Part shown: positions 44,751 to 58,371 of the stretch, one piece after another | How positions within the stretch are numbered: the stretch's first letter is position 1 | Layout of the letters: the number at the start of each line of letters is the position of its first letter | Origin: Peribolospora baueri | Taxonomy: Eukaryota | DNA: 64,000 bases | NCBI GenBank assembly: GCA_029717555.1 | Contig: JAMDHS010000026.1 | Span: 124,001-188,000 of the forward strand | Direction: 5' to 3' | The notes under the pieces: model-generated | Database searches by the model: none | The model's input: the letters and a program-made list of their open reading frames with translations, nothing else | What the model was told of the DNA's origin: nothing | Program-made: the position numbers and the translations under genes

Positions 44751-47700
44751 TCAAGGCCCAACGTCATCCAGCTCGACCGAGAAGCTAGTGATCTGGGGAA
44801 GGTAAGCGCAAGCGGCCAGGTCGACATAATGTAGATCATCGTAAATTTCTTTGCCATCGAAACCACCGTGGACGAAGAGTCTCGAGTCTTGTAACCAAGC
44901 TTGGTGGTATCCTCGACCCGGCGGCTTCTTGCCACACACTTTGCGCGTCTCCCATTGAAGGTTCACTGGAGGCGAGGAGCACATTGGATCGATGAAAGAC
45001 GTGTCAGGAGGGACAATGATTTTCCCACAGCCGCAAACCGGGACAGGAGACCGCTCAACTCACCCAGGTTCAACGTCAGGATCTCCGAGGTGTATTGGCG
45101 CGAGTCGTGTCCGCCGACAACGAACAAGTACGATCCGACCTGGGTGGACGTGTGCCCTAGGCGGTTATGGACCTCATCCGTTCGCACTTGGTACCATGTT
45201 TTGTTCTCTGCGAATAATTGCCATTGTTCAACGCAAAAATGACAAGGATGACGTCGATGAGAAGCCAGGAACCTGTACGGCCAAAATGGTAGTGGAAAGA
45301 CTCACCCAACCGCAAGATGTGAATATCATTAAAGCTCATGTGGCCATCGCTCCCACCGATGACAATGAGCTTGCCGTCCACGAGATTGGCGCTGTGATAC
45401 CCCCTTCCAATCGGCAGCTGTCCCTTCGTCTCGATTTTCTCCCACTCCAGCCGGCTCAGATCGGAGACGTCGAGCGAGTAGACGTCGTTCAGCGCACCCA
45501 CGCCGTTGCCACCACCAAAGATGATCAACTGGCGCTCCCATAGGTTTGAAGTATGCGCTCGTCGTGGCGAGGGTGGCGTCCCAAACACCTCCGGTTTCGT
45601 CCACTTCAACGAGACTGCGAGAGGTGAGGTCGCGGATCGTCGGTGGATAGGTCGAGAACGAAATGCGCACGAGACAGACGTCGGCGACACGGTCAGTGCC
45701 CATGGTACTGAACCGGAAAAGCTCGACGGATTGCCGCTCGCTAGCCATTAGGCTCAGAAAACGGCACTCACCGGTATCAAAGATATAGAGATCATTGTAA
45801 TAACTGGGGCCGTCGCCGCCGGCGAACACGAAGAGGCGCTTATCGACCATGGTGGCTGAATGCGCTCTTCGCGGCGGTGGCAGATCGCCGGAGACCTTCG
45901 GCTTGGACCAGCACATCGTCTCTGGGAAGGTTGGACGGGACAGCGTGACAAAAAACGAGAACGAAAGTATATGGAAACACGTCCATCGATCAGCGGACAA
46001 ATTCCGTTCCGTCGGGCTCCCGGAAGGCCACCCCCCGGCCCCTCCTGGGATGCCTCAACGAGTCCACGCCCGGAACGTTCGCGGACCCACTCACCGGTGT
46101 CGAAACAATACAAATCTCGAAAACACCCTTTACTATCGCACCCTCCGAAAAGCCAAAGGACCTCGTCGCAAAGGTTGGCCGTGTGCGCCCTGAAACTTCT
46201 TCTAGGCACGGCGCCGTGCACCGGGGCCTTGGACCAGTACATCGCTGGTGGTGGGGAGGGGAGCATGTTGGGGGCTGAGGGAAGTTGAGGGACGGTGCGG
46301 AGCCGTCTGGAGCTGGCTAGGGCGGCGTGAGAGGACAAGCCGTGCCGGGAGGAGCCAGATGGGCGAGAGGAGGAACTGCCTTCACCCGTTCGAGAGGGTC
46401 GGCTTGAGGAGGCGCCCTTGCCTACGGACGTCGACGTGGCAGAACGCATGCCTGATCTGTCGCGCTCCTTGTCCTTTTCATGATCTCGTGCCCGCTCCTT
46501 GTCCTTATCACGCTCCCGTTCGCGTGATGCGGACGACGGAGACTTTCCGGTCACCATTTCACCTGCGGTACCGCTTGTCGTGGCCGCCGGCGCAGTATGA
46601 GGCGTGGTGGGGATGGGTGAAGAGCTTCCATCTTGCCGTGCCATGGGGAATGCCCCAGAGGGAGTCAGCGAGCTCCCACTACTCCCTTCTCCTCCACTGG
46701 TGGCCTGAGTTGGCGTGAAGGGTCCGAAGGCAGAGTGGGAAGCAGATTGCCCCGCGGAAGAGGGAGAGACGATGCCGTTACCGGAGGCAGAGCGCGAATG
46801 GGCCACAAAAACAGAGCCACCGCGACCCATGGTCGCAGCAGAAGAGGTGAACCCCTTGCCAGTGGCGGCGCCCCTAAACACACCGCTCTCCGCCGATCCC
46901 TCCGTCGTGCTCGGGCTGGCATTCACGCTCGCGGCACCGCTTCCCTTCCCCCCTTCTCCATGCGAACCGCCTTCCGCCATCCAAGAGGTCGCATCCGTGT
47001 CAGCCTTGACGAATTCCTGACCTTCAAGCTCCGCCTCGACATCAGACGCCGGACAAGACGATGCGCCACCTTCGCCAACGCTACCGTGGCCGAGGGCAGA
47101 GGAAAAGTCGAGACTGTTTTTCTGGCTGAGTTGTATGGAGGAAGGTATGGAGGAGATGGAGGCCGCAGAGGGCGAGCCACGACGGACGATATAATTGCCC
47201 TGTGCAGCCGTCGATGGGGTTCGCTCTGCCGCCGACATATCTCGCGAGTTGGAGTTGGTGGGCGTGACGGGATTTGAGGTGAACGGGGAAGCCGTAGGGG
47301 CACCACCAGAGGTGTGTGGACGAAGAGCGAGGGTGCGGATGGGTCCGGAGATGGTGTTAGGTCCGGGATCAACCCAGCTCGACGTGCGCGGCGAGGGGGA
47401 CTCGGCGGACGGTTGGCTGGCGATCGTCGACGCCGGCACAGTTGGAGACGGCGCCGGAGAAGATGAGGGAGGGTCGGATCTCGGACGAGAAATGGACGAG
47501 GCACCACTACCCGAATGTGAGGGCTTAGAGGGACTAGAGGCGAGGTCCTTGAAGGTGTATCCGGTGTTGTAAGGCAAGGCGACATATCCGCTCAATCTTC
47601 GAGAACCTCTCGGAGACACAGCCGAACCTCCTTGGTCGTCGCCGTGTGCGCCGGGAGAGCCTTCGGATGGCGAAGCGCGCCGGGCAGAAGACAGGGGGGC

Positions 47701-48147
47701 GGTGTTTAGAGGAGGCGATGAAGGGAAGCCGACGCTGTTGGCGCCTCCGGCTGAATGGGGTGGGGCGGCGCTGCTTGCGGGCAGCCCGGAAGTGGTCGAT
47801 GCCGGGAAGTGGGAGAGGGTGGTGGAAGAAGGAACGGAGACGGAGCGGGGTGATGCCGGCGGAGGCGTCGACTGTGAGCCGTTCAACCGCGAGTGCGAGC
47901 GAAGATGCTCGCCGCCGACGCGGCGGTCGGGAGCGGTGGTCGAGCCTAGAGATGTGTTGGCGCGACGAGAGGGACGACGGAGGAAGGAGAAGAGGGAACG
48001 ATAGCAAGAGGTGAGAACGCACATCCGTTTGCAGTCGGCTCGCGGCAGAGGCTCGTTGATCCACCAAGTCAAGTCCGACTCAGGACACCGGACGTAGATG
48101 TTCTCCTCGCCCCTTATAACGTTCTCTCGTCCATCCTCATCCTCCAT
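44751..48147 (-). CDS. Kelch beta-propeller protein with long disordered N-terminus
   Basis: Six kelch repeats (LWLFGG, LFVFAGG, LIIFGG, LIVIGG, LFVVGG, LFVHGG, most preceded by an RxxH motif) across spliced exons. Start codon tentative. Confidence 0.85.
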
Positions 48148-49173
48148 TGTCCCTGCGCTTGCTGGAGAGCATGCGGCCGGGCTCGTTCGCACGACGCTCG
48201 TACGGTGTGCGCTTCGCCGCGCTCGGCGTCCAGTCGACGCATCGGCGTCGACTCGGAGCTCAGCAAGACGGGCCGAAACAATCAAAAGACCTGGAACGCA
48301 CCATCGTTGTCCATTCGCACGGGCTTCCGTGCGAGTGAGCCGCTGGACCGGGCGGTACCAGCTTAATGCAAAAGGTTCGTGTACTTTATCGACCTTGACG
48401 GCCTCCTCCCGCTGGTCGAGCGCGTGCTAGCCGAAGCGAAAACGGCGAGCTGCGAGCTGCGATCGAGTCGACGTCACTCGCCGTCAGCACCGTGGTAGAG
48501 TACGGAATGGGTGGAGAGAGAGCGCTGCGTCCAGGTTGGGAAGGGCGGGCGGCGGCGAGACCGATAGAGACGGGGATCCGAGAGAATGCCCGATTGCCGT
48601 CGGCAGGGGTCCTCGACGGGCGACGCGGGGGGCCGGCGGAGGTGCAGTGCGAAGGGATAGGGCCAGACGACGGCGGGCGGCGAGGAAAGCGGTGAATAGC
48701 GAGAATCAAGAGCAAGCAAGGCGATGGCGATGGCGATGGCGACCTGATGGAGCTGATGGGCAGATCTTTCTTCCCTGTCCTGACCTTTGTTCGCGACCGA
48801 CGACGACAGCAACCGCTTTGCCGGCCCAGCGCGCCGACCGACCCGCCCGCCCAGCACCAGCCCGCCGGGAACTAAAGTAAACTTGTCCAGCGCCACGTAT
48901 GGTAGTAAGTACATATACACTCTCGCCCTATACATACTATGCATACTATGCGTGGAGCCAGTCACGTGCGCTAGTTCCGCCGGACACGCGTCGTCGCGTT
49001 CCTCCGCTTCTTCCGCTCTTCCCCATCGACCACCGCCGACCTACAGACGAGACCAAGGTAGAGGACGGACAACGGACAACGAACGACGACGACGACGACG
49101 ACCGCGACGACGACGACGGCCACGACGACCGCCATCCCTTTTGGATCCACCCGTTGCCTGCACCGACCAGATC

Positions 49174-52100
49174 ATGACGATAATGTCCGATTTGCGGCGA
49201 GACCGCGTCGCGTCAGGCTCCAACGTCAAGCTCGAGGACGCCTATCTTCGCATGGAGGCCCATCGAGACGCCTTTTACTCCTGCTGTGAGCCGGACGCCT
49301 TACTCTCCAACTTTGCCAACGTGGACGGATGGATCGAGAGGTACATTCATGGCGTCAAGGAGGGTCTCTCCAAAGGGTGAGTCAGCAAGGGCCGAGGGTG
49401 TCTTCTCCGTCGTCCACTTCTCGCTCACCCCGCTCACCCCTTTTCCTTCCTTTCGCCCATAGTCTTTCCGTCGGGGAGAACCTCAAGACGCCTGGCCGTG
49501 ACAGAGCGGCTGCGCGACGCAAGAAGTTCGGCGCGACGGCCGCAAGCTCTAAGGGCTTCAAGTCGCCCTCCCACCTCGCCTCGTCCGGCTCTTCTTTGCC
49601 CTTCTCTTCGTCTCCTTCCGCCGCCCTGGCACGTAGAGAGATGCCCGCGAAGCGGGATAGATATGAGGACGAGGACAAGGAGAACACGGCGCCCGCGCCC
49701 GTCAATAGCCTCCAACGCGCCCTGTTTAAGGTGAAGGCGGAAAACGTCAAGACACCCCTCGGACAGTCAGCTGCTGCACCTTTCGCACCTCGGCAAGTCC
49801 ATTCCAACGACCACGTCCATAAGGCAGCGGATTCGCCTCCGCGTAAACCCGCCATGTCGGAAACACGCTCCACCACCCCGCCTGGCCCTCCGCAGGAAGA
49901 AGCGCAAAGTCCTCCGAAGGACCTGTCGATGATCGCCGAGGACGAGGAAGAAGAGGAAGAAGAGGACGAGATCGTCCCTCTTGGCGCGTCTTCCTCTTCT
50001 ACCAGTCTCCTGCCCAGGCGTTCTATCGAGGAGAACGAAGAGGACGAGGAATATGACAATGACGTGGTCGGTGTTCACACTCTCCGGCCGAAGGACGGCG
50101 CCCCGGTGGGGAAGAACTCCGGCGAGCCAGCACGAAGCGCCAACGCAGATCGCGTCGATCAGGCTCCACCCCAAGCTGCCTCCGTTCAGGCCCATCTTGT
50201 CGAACAAGCCCCCAAAGCGCCTGTCCAAAGCGGCCCGGCTCCTACTAAGACCCCCGGTCCGAACGCTCGCTCGTCGACGACCGTTCAGCAGCAGCAGCCG
50301 TCTTCGTCGGCTGCCCAGCCCACGAGAAAGTCCTCCTTCCTCCCTCCGCGCGAGCCGCTACACAAGAAGTCCTTACACGGCGGTTCGTCCCATCGCCCCT
50401 CTGTCATCGCCGGCGAGAACGGGCCTACCGCCTCGGCGAATCCTGTTGGCGGTGCCACCTTGAGGGCCAGTTTGTTCGTGCGCACGTCGAACTCGGTTGA
50501 AGAAAGGCCTGTGGAGGACGGCGTGTCCGGGAAAGGCTCGGCGGGGGTGGGAGACATGAGGATGGACGAGCGCGGCTCAACAAACAAGGACGATGGCGAA
50601 GGTGACAACGACGACTTGATGGAGGTGGAGGAGCTTACCCGCTTCGGCAAGGCCGCGGAAGCGAGAGCCGCCCAGCATCAACAGCAAACTGCTAACCTTC
50701 CGTCATCGACCAGGGACGAGCAGCAGCAGCACATGCTCGGCGGCGAACGAGGGTCGTCCCGACAGGGCATCAAACGCAAGTCGGACGAAGATGAGGAATT
50801 GGACGAATCTCACACGCCGCATTCCCGTCAAGGGAGCGGTGGCTCGTCCTCTTCCCACCATCAAGCTTCCCAACCCTCTGCCGCCGTGATCGCGGACCAG
50901 CACCAGGAGCGCATGAGCGAAACCGCCCATATCCCGGCTTCAGAGAGCCATCCGGAGCTGCAGACCCACCCGCGTCCGGTTAAGACGCCCCGTCACGAAC
51001 ATCCCGTATCAACGGGCCCGCGTCTGCGCGCCTCCGTTGTGACGGCCGCTGGCGGTAGTCGGCCCTCCGCCGCCGTCTCTAGTCGACAGTCCTCCGCTAC
51101 CACCTCCACCTCCACAGCAGGCCCTAACGGCGCCGCAAACGCCAACGCCAACGCCAACGGCAGTGCGGATCCGCTGGAAAAGATCAGGGCAGGCATCGAA
51201 GCCGTCAAGAGCGCATCGATGCGTTCCTCCACCATCGGCGGCGGGGGCATTCTAGGCATGGGCATGAATCTAGTAGGCGGGAATTTGGGTCTTGGCGGGA
51301 TTTCCAGGGCCGGAGCTGGCTTTGGGAGTGGAAATGTGCCGGGTCAGCAGCAGCAGCAGCAACAGCACCAGCACCAGCAACTCCCGTCTCAGCACCTACC
51401 GCAACAGGCTAAAGATGACGCCCGTACGCTTGCTCAGCAGCAAACGGAGGTGCGACGGCAGGAGCAGGAACAGAAGCTCCAGCAGGAGCAGAAACTTCAG
51501 AAGGGTGTGGAAGCGCCGGCTCAGTCGTCGCCCGAACTGGAGGCCGTTGCGCAGCCGCAGCCGCAACGGGAGGCAGAGCCACAACTGGAGACCCAACAAG
51601 TGTCCAAGCCCCAATCTCAACCCCAGTCCCAGCCGATTCAGAAAGCTCAGCCGGCTAAGAGTCCTGCAAATGCTCATTCGCAGCCACTGCCAGAGCTGAC
51701 ACAGCCGGAGAGACAGCAGTCACAATCGACGCAGCCGGAGAGGCCACAGTCACAGTCACAGCCGGAGAGACAACAGTCGCAGCCGACACAGCCGGAGAGA
51801 CAGCAGTCACAACCGACGCAGCCGGAGAGACCACAGTCACAACCGACACAGCCGGAGAGACAACAGTCGCAGCCGACACAGCCGGAGAGACAGCAGTCAC
51901 AACCGACGCAGCCGGAGAGACTACAGTCACAACCGACACAGCCGGAGAGACAACAGTCGCAGCCGACACAGCCGGAGAGACAGCAATCGCAACCGACACA
52001 GCAGCAGTTACAGCAACAATCGCAGCCACAGCGACAACAGCTTAGGAGTTTACAGCAAGCACAGGAGGCGAAGAAGAAGGTTTGTAGTTGCTCGGTAAAG

Positions 52101-53633
52101 CGCCATTATTAGTGGAGACGGGCAGTCGAAGCGGCGAACATCCGGACCGCACGCTCATGTTCACATTCTCCAATCCCCTTGATCTTTTTTACCGTGATCG
52201 AACGGCTTTAGGAGGAAGAAGCAGCCCTTCGCAAGGCTCAGCAGAAGAAACAAGTTGAAGAGCGCAGAGCTGCTGCCGCCGCGCAGAAGAGAGCGGACGC
52301 CGAGCAGCAGAAGTCTACTCGGCCTATATATAGGGCCAAGCCCGCCTTCGGGGCCCAGGGACAAGCGCCGGGACAGAGGGCGAAGGTGAGCTCGCAGTTT
52401 CATGTCGTGATGGTGGTCCTCTCCGGCCGGATGGTTCCGCCTCACCGGATTGATTCGTCCTCTTATCTTCTCCTTACAGCAGGACGAGGAGGCAGGAAGA
52501 AAGGTTCCGCTCAAGGCAGAGCGGCAGGCACCGGCCCGTCCAGGACAACAGCCGTCCAAAGTGGCCGTCAAGGCTAGCACCCCCTCCGCCGCTCATACAA
52601 GCACCGTTGCGCCTTCGTCGGTCTCTCGTGCTGCCCCGTCTTCGTCTCATGCTCAACGCCAAGCTGCTCAACCTCAGCGGCAAGCGCCGGACGCCACTCC
52701 TTCCGCTGTTCGCGCGCCCGGCCAAGCCCATCCCCCGCGGCCAACGACGCAAGCCGGTCGGCAAAGCCAAAGTCAAGCAGCTGCGGCAGCTCGAACAGGC
52801 GGTTTCAACTTCGGCGTGCAGCCAATCCGCTTCGATCGGTCTTCCGTCGCTCCTTCGGCCCAAAGCCAGGCACAGCGTCCTCACCCACACGCCGCGACGG
52901 CGGGGCCCTCGTCCGCCACGTCCGGGGCGACTGGAGGCAAGGCACCCGCGCAGCCTGGTGGTGGTCATCAGCAACAAGCTCAGTCGCACCATAACGCACA
53001 GGCTCAGCAGCTTCAACAGTATCAGGCGCAGCTGCAGCAGCAGAAGCAGCAACAACACTTTAAGGAGGCGAAAGAAGCTTTGGAGGAGCCGGAGCTTCCG
53101 GACATCAATAGCGAGTGAGTGGATCCAGATCTGGATGTTACTCGTGTACCTCGATCCGCCGGCCACACATCCCCAGCTCGGATCGATCTTGAACCTGAAC
53201 CTGTTGAATTCTCCGTGCCCTGCAGATACTCCGACTCGGGCGACGAAGAGCGCCAGAAGGAGAAAGAAGCTCTGCCTTCGTGGGCTCAATCGCCCGCCAT
53301 TATCCCCGCACTGGAAGCTCAGAGCGCCATCAATCCGGACGACATCTTTGGCGTCATCAAGCCGCTTTCTATGGACGGTGAGTTATGACCTCTCGGAAGA
53401 CCTGTCTTTCTCTTTCTCGCCTTGTCTCGCTCTATTTATTTAGCTGACTTTCCCTTTGCACAACGGCCTCGACCGAATCAGATATCTTCCGAGGCCGCGA
53501 GCGCACTCGCTTCCGGAGCAGGTCGAGCTCAGCCAACTGGACCGGCCAGGACAGGCTTACGATGGCCGAGGAGGCGGAGTACGCTAGGAGGATGGGATTT
53601 AAGTCTAGAGGCGATGCCCCGGGGATGAGCTGA
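49174..53633 (+). CDS. INCENP: Inner centromere protein INCENP (Sli15/Pic1), chromosomal passenger complex
   Basis: C-terminal IN-box ELPDINSE|YSDSGDEE...LPSWAQSP...INPDDIFG...|DIF...RFRSRSSSANWTGQDRLT..EE.EY..RMG. N-terminal LKTPG and a disordered middle region. Confidence 0.9.
51699..51995 (+). repeat. Coding tandem repeat: 10 units of ~30 bp (TQPERQQSQP) organised as a 90-bp trimer
   Basis: Read directly; unit variants recur in the order A-B-C-A-B-C-A-B-C-A. Confidence 0.95.
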
Positions 53634-53902
53634 ATTCTTACCGTTCGGGGCGCATGGGCGGACGCTTGCCGGGGACGACGTGACGTGGCTTGAGCTGTCC
53701 GTCATCCATCCGGTCTTTTATGTGTATAGCGAGTTTGATAACCTATATTACTATATTCGCTTCCTCTGACGGGAATAGACGCTACAGATACGGTCGCCCC
53801 TTGCTCGAGGTTCGCTCGCATAGTCGACGAAGGGAAAGCGTGACGGATATCTGTTCGTACGTACGCATGTCGAGCGCGAACGACGCAGAAACGCCCCAAA
53901 GT

Positions 53903-55212
53903 TCACCGCCTTTGCGCGACCTGAGCGACCCACCGCTCTGGCTCCCCCTCGGTTTTGCCTCCCGAAGCGGGAGACGCCGCCTGCATGGGGACAAAGGCCT
54001 CAAGGGGGCTCTTGTTCAGCTCTCGCCGTCGGCGATCCATCTCTTCCCTCTCCTTCTCCTTGGTCGCGCGGTTCGCAGCTCGTTGCGCTTTGGCTTTCGC
54101 GAACGGATCTGAAGCATCCTTGTCAGCGAACTGGTGCTCCAGCGAAGAGGAAGGAGGGGCAGAGTTGAGTGACGACGTGGGCGCTTGAGTGGAAGCATCC
54201 GTGCCCTGCTGGTGCAGGCGCCGTCGCGACGCCTCCCACACGGAGCTGTCCGGCATGCGCTCTTCGCGGCCGTGCTCGTCCTCGCCCACGATGCGGCCCT
54301 CCTTTCCCTTCCGTTCTTCGTCGACAGCCACATCGCTTGTCGGCACCGCCACCGACTGTCGTCCGCTTCCGTGTTCGTCCAACCCCTTGGCAGCTTTCGA
54401 ACGCGGCATGGTCCCTAAGGGAGCGAAAGAAGAGGCGGCATGCTTGAAAACATCGGACGGCGCAAAATCAGAGTGTGAAGTTTCCCCGGTGGGAAGCGTC
54501 GTCGACGCTCCCGGGCCGAGGGCCTGCAGCCGCTCCTGTTCTCTGAGCGCCTTGGCTTCCGCCTCGCGCGCAGCAAGGATCGCAGCGTTCTGGGCAGTTA
54601 TCTGTCGTCGGCGAAGGTCAGCTTGGAGTTCCTGAACATGTACGGAAACACGAAGGGATAACATCAATGGCTAGTGCTCCGTGGTCATGGCGGCTCGAGT
54701 GACACCAGCCAGCTACCCGGCCGGCTACTTCTTCGTGACGTTGAGACGCTCACCTCAATCGTTGGCGCACTCCTCCTGGTGTGTCTGAGCCACATGGTCC
54801 ATTGCACAGGTATAGAGGACTGGTCATATTCGCAGTAGTCCCGAGTGATGCTCCATTTGATCACTCTGGGACGTCGGAAGGGCAGCGAAGAGACACAACA
54901 GGGTCGGGACGGACTGTGATCAGTTTCATCGCCTCTGATGACCGTTGAGCACGAGAAATCCAGCGTCCATGGTACACGCCAACGCCCACCTTCGAGTGTG
55001 CCGAGGATCTGAGAAGGACGATGGCAGCCGATAACGAGGTTAGATCGCCCGGACGGGCTAGAGCGCTGGGCGGGACGAGAGCAGAGCTCACCAGTAGAAC
55101 CCGACGCTGGAGGGAACTCGTAATAGGAGTTGCCCTCAAGGTCCTTTCCGATGAAGTGCCGAGCATTTCCGATGCGAAGGGTTCGCGACAGGGCTCGCAA
55201 GAAGGATGCCAT
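53903..55212 (-). CDS. NDUFA12-family complex I assembly factor (NDUFAF2/mimitin-like)
   Basis: MASFLRALSRTLRIGNARHFIGKDLEGNSYYE...RR|VIKW...IPVQWTMWLRHTRRSAPTIE|ELQADLRR, ending EPERW. Confidence 0.82.
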
Positions 55213-55463
55213 GGCTCACGATGTCGCAAAGTGCAACAATTGTCCTGTCTCTAGAGCTGTTTCTGTACTCCGGCTTCGAACACCGACGTAATAATGCTGC
55301 GGCAGCCGATGACGAGGTACGTAATCACGGCGTCTGACCTTAACCGTATATGTACATACATCATGGACGGCGGATACGTGTACTGTTCGCGCCGCCACTA
55401 AGCCCACTCGTCACCGCAACCTCAACGCTCTCCGAAGCGAGCGAAACGGGCGCGCTCGACGCC

Positions 55464-56316
55464 ATGAGCTGCAACGAGGAGGTCACCTCCATCGAGACGG
55501 TCGCGCCGCAGATCCAAGGTCGAATAGGCGGCGCCGGGCTGGGCGACGAGACAAACCTGTACGAGTATATCGAGCGCGACAAGGTGAGTGGCTGGGGGGG
55601 GGGAGGGGGGGGGAGGACGAAACCTTTTCGGCGGGTCATCCGCAGAGTGCTCGTGGGACCTTCCTGATGGACCTGCTGTGATCTTTATAGGTATGGGGTA
55701 GCGGCATCGAGCCTCCAGAGAGCGCGAAGAATGTGATCAAACCTTGGAACGAACGAGAGAGTACGACGAGTTGGGTGGAGAGCAACGTGGACGATCAAGT
55801 GAGAGAAAGCGTCCTTACTGCTGTTGATGATCACAGGAAATGTTCGACTGACGAATACGGCCCGGCCCCCCTCCTTCCCAGCTGATTCTGAACATCCCGT
55901 TTACCTCGCCAGTCCGTCTCAGATCCATCCTGATCAAAATCGGCCGAGGCGATGTGGCTCCGCGACGGATCAAAATGTTCGTCAACCGACCATGGGGTGT
56001 TGATTTTTCGGAGGCGACGTCGGGTTCTGTCAAAGCGTCTCAAGAGTTCCAGCTCCTCGAGGGTGAGGCAGGCGTAACAGAGTATCCGGTGCGCGTCGCC
56101 GCGTTCAGCAACACGAGCTCCGTCAGCCTCTTCTTCTCCGACTCGTCCGGCGAACTCAGCAGTCTGCTCTACTACATCGGCTTCAAAGGCGTTCCTCTTA
56201 TTCTGAAAAAGGACAACTCTATGCAGCTGGACGTTGGCGCAGAGACGACGGCCAAGTCTGTCGTCGGAAGTGTCAAGGAGGAGAGGCGGGCACCCTGGAG
56301 CGGCGGTGTCCGCTGA
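55464..56316 (+). CDS. PITHD1: PITH domain protein (PITHD1-like)
   Basis: NLYEYIERDK|V...VIKPWNER...VESNVDDQ|LILNIPFTSPVRLRSILI...PRRIKMFVN...VDFSEA...EYPVRVAAFSNTSSVSLFF...LYYIGFKG. Confidence 0.88.
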
Positions 56317-57100
56317 TGTGGTCGTCTCGTTTCGTCGCTGAATGGCTCTCACACGAGAGCGCCGACGAAGCAAACGCTTTGAGCATTCAGTCTTATCCGT
56401 GCATTCTGGCGTCCAGGAATACCGTCGTCCATACCCACGCTTTGGAGGAGGCGACGACGGCAAGGGGACAGACCGTTCTAACAAGGCTCAGAGCACGTAG
56501 ACGCACGCAAATAAGAGAGGTGTACACTAGGTTATCCTTCGGCGTCGTCTCCACCTGCGGTAGGGAAGGAGGCGGTCTTCTTGAAGACGATGTAGATGCT
56601 GGAAGGAGGACGGCACACCAACGGTTATCAAGGAACGTCGTGCATATGTGACCGGAAAAGCTAGGCTCGAAAGGTCGCGCCTGGCGAAGAAGAAAACGAA
56701 CGAAAGGGAATGGTGGGGGAGTTGGGCCCGGTGTACCATGTTCGACCCAACAAGGACAAGTCCATAATCTTACTAGCGAAGGGCGGGCTAAGCAGCGCAG
56801 TTATAGGCAGGGGGGGGGAGCACGAAAATGTCGCGACCGAGCGTCCCTATCAAAGCCTCCATAAAGAAAACTCTCAATCAGTTGCTGGGGACCTGGACGG
56901 TTTAGGCGTCGCGCTTCCATTGCCCTTCTGGCGACGTCGAGAGCGCGCGTCCCCCACCCCTACCATACCCCAAACACCCAGATTTAGGGTGCGCCAACGA
57001 GTCAAAGACCCGAACGACATCAGCGTGCTAACCCACACCGCTTTTCAGCCCTCCAGCTGAAAGACGACCTGCGGCAATTAACCCTACTCTCGTTTACTTT

Positions 57101-57120
57101 ACGCGTTCGCGTCGCGTCGC
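57101..57120. promoter_or_regulatory. MCB-like cluster upstream of PSF1
   Basis: ACGCGTTCGCGTCGCGTCGC about 100 bp before the PSF1 ATG. Confidence 0.45.
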
Positions 57121-57204
57121 ATCGCATGCCTGGCTCTTGCTCTTCCTGGACGCCAACTCTGAAGAAGGCCTTCAAAGGCCGCAAGCCGTCGATGCGCTCC
57201 TAAC

Positions 57205-57932
57205 ATGTTCGGAGACGAAGCGCTCAAGCTGATCAAGGAGGCTAGGCGGTCGACCGCAACGGACACGTTGAGACCGTATAGGTGCGTCTTTGACCCAGCT
57301 CGAGGCGCAACTCTCCATGCCATGCGCTGACCGGCTTAGGAATTGTCGACAATCTCCCTACCTACGTACCTGTGCTCATCGCCCGCCCGCCCTGCAGCGA
57401 TGAGACGGTGCGCAGCGTCTGCCGCGAGACGCGGCTTTTGATGGACGACATCCAGGCGAACGTCGCCGCCCGCGGCGCGGCTCTTTCCACCGACCAGGGC
57501 CAGGCGTGCGCGCTAGTCGTCCAGCACCTCGCCGCGCAGCGCAATAAGCGCCTCCTGCTCGCCTACCACCACCACCGCCTCGAGCGGCTCAAGGACGCTT
57601 TTTGGTCCACCGGAGGCGCGCTCGATCATCTTCTCTCCGAGCGAGCCTTTCGACAAGCACTCAGCCCCGCCGAGCTGGACTTCCTCAAAGCCTACGACGA
57701 GCTCCTCCTCGACTACAAGTCTGAGTTCGACGACGTGCTCGACGTTACCGCCGCCGGGGGACACCTTGCGCCGCCCAAGGATCTCTTCGTCCAGGTCAGG
57801 GTTGTCAAGGACGCTGGGAGCATCCAGACCGAGGGCGGCACGCTTGAGCTGCGCAAGAACGAGCAGTTCTTCGAGCGCAGGACCGACCTCGAACGTCTCA
57901 TCCTTCAAGGCTATCTTGAGGTTATCGAGTGA
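57205..57932 (+). CDS. PSF1: GINS complex subunit Psf1
   Basis: MFGDEALKLIKEARRS...LRPY|SDETVRSVCRE...QRNKRLLLAYHHHRLERL...LSPAELDF...PPKDLFVQVRVVKDAGSIQTEGG...LERLILQGYLE. Confidence 0.93.
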
Positions 57933-58371
57933 CGCGGCGCGTTTGTTGCGGTTCGAGTAACGCAACCAAGCCGAAGCCCCGGCTCCTCCCGCCCGGTCTT
58001 CGGATTTCCAGATCGGCTCGTCGATGAATGGATGTCGCATACGATTAAGCGCACTCGAGCATGTCATCTGGATAACCCTGAACGGAGATGCTGGGGACGC
58101 GTCGACGAACCTGTCCTCGGCGCCGGGTACAGTATGTACAGTACTGTATGTATGTACTGTACACTTCGTCACCCTGGCGGTCGTTGTTTATATGAAACGC
58201 CGTGATGACTGCACCCGGCCATTCGGGCTTCATGACCCGGCCATCGACGACACATCAAAATGTGCTTGCTCAAATAGAGCCTGCGAGACAGTGGAGGGTT
58301 GTTCTATGCTCCTCCGACGTCCTCTTTTTGGCGAATGTATACTACTAGTACATCTAGCCACATGACCCCTT

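Noticed and set aside
51699..51995. 30-bp periodic repeat as a CRISPR-like array
   Set aside because: No unique spacers; it is in frame within a eukaryotic CDS.
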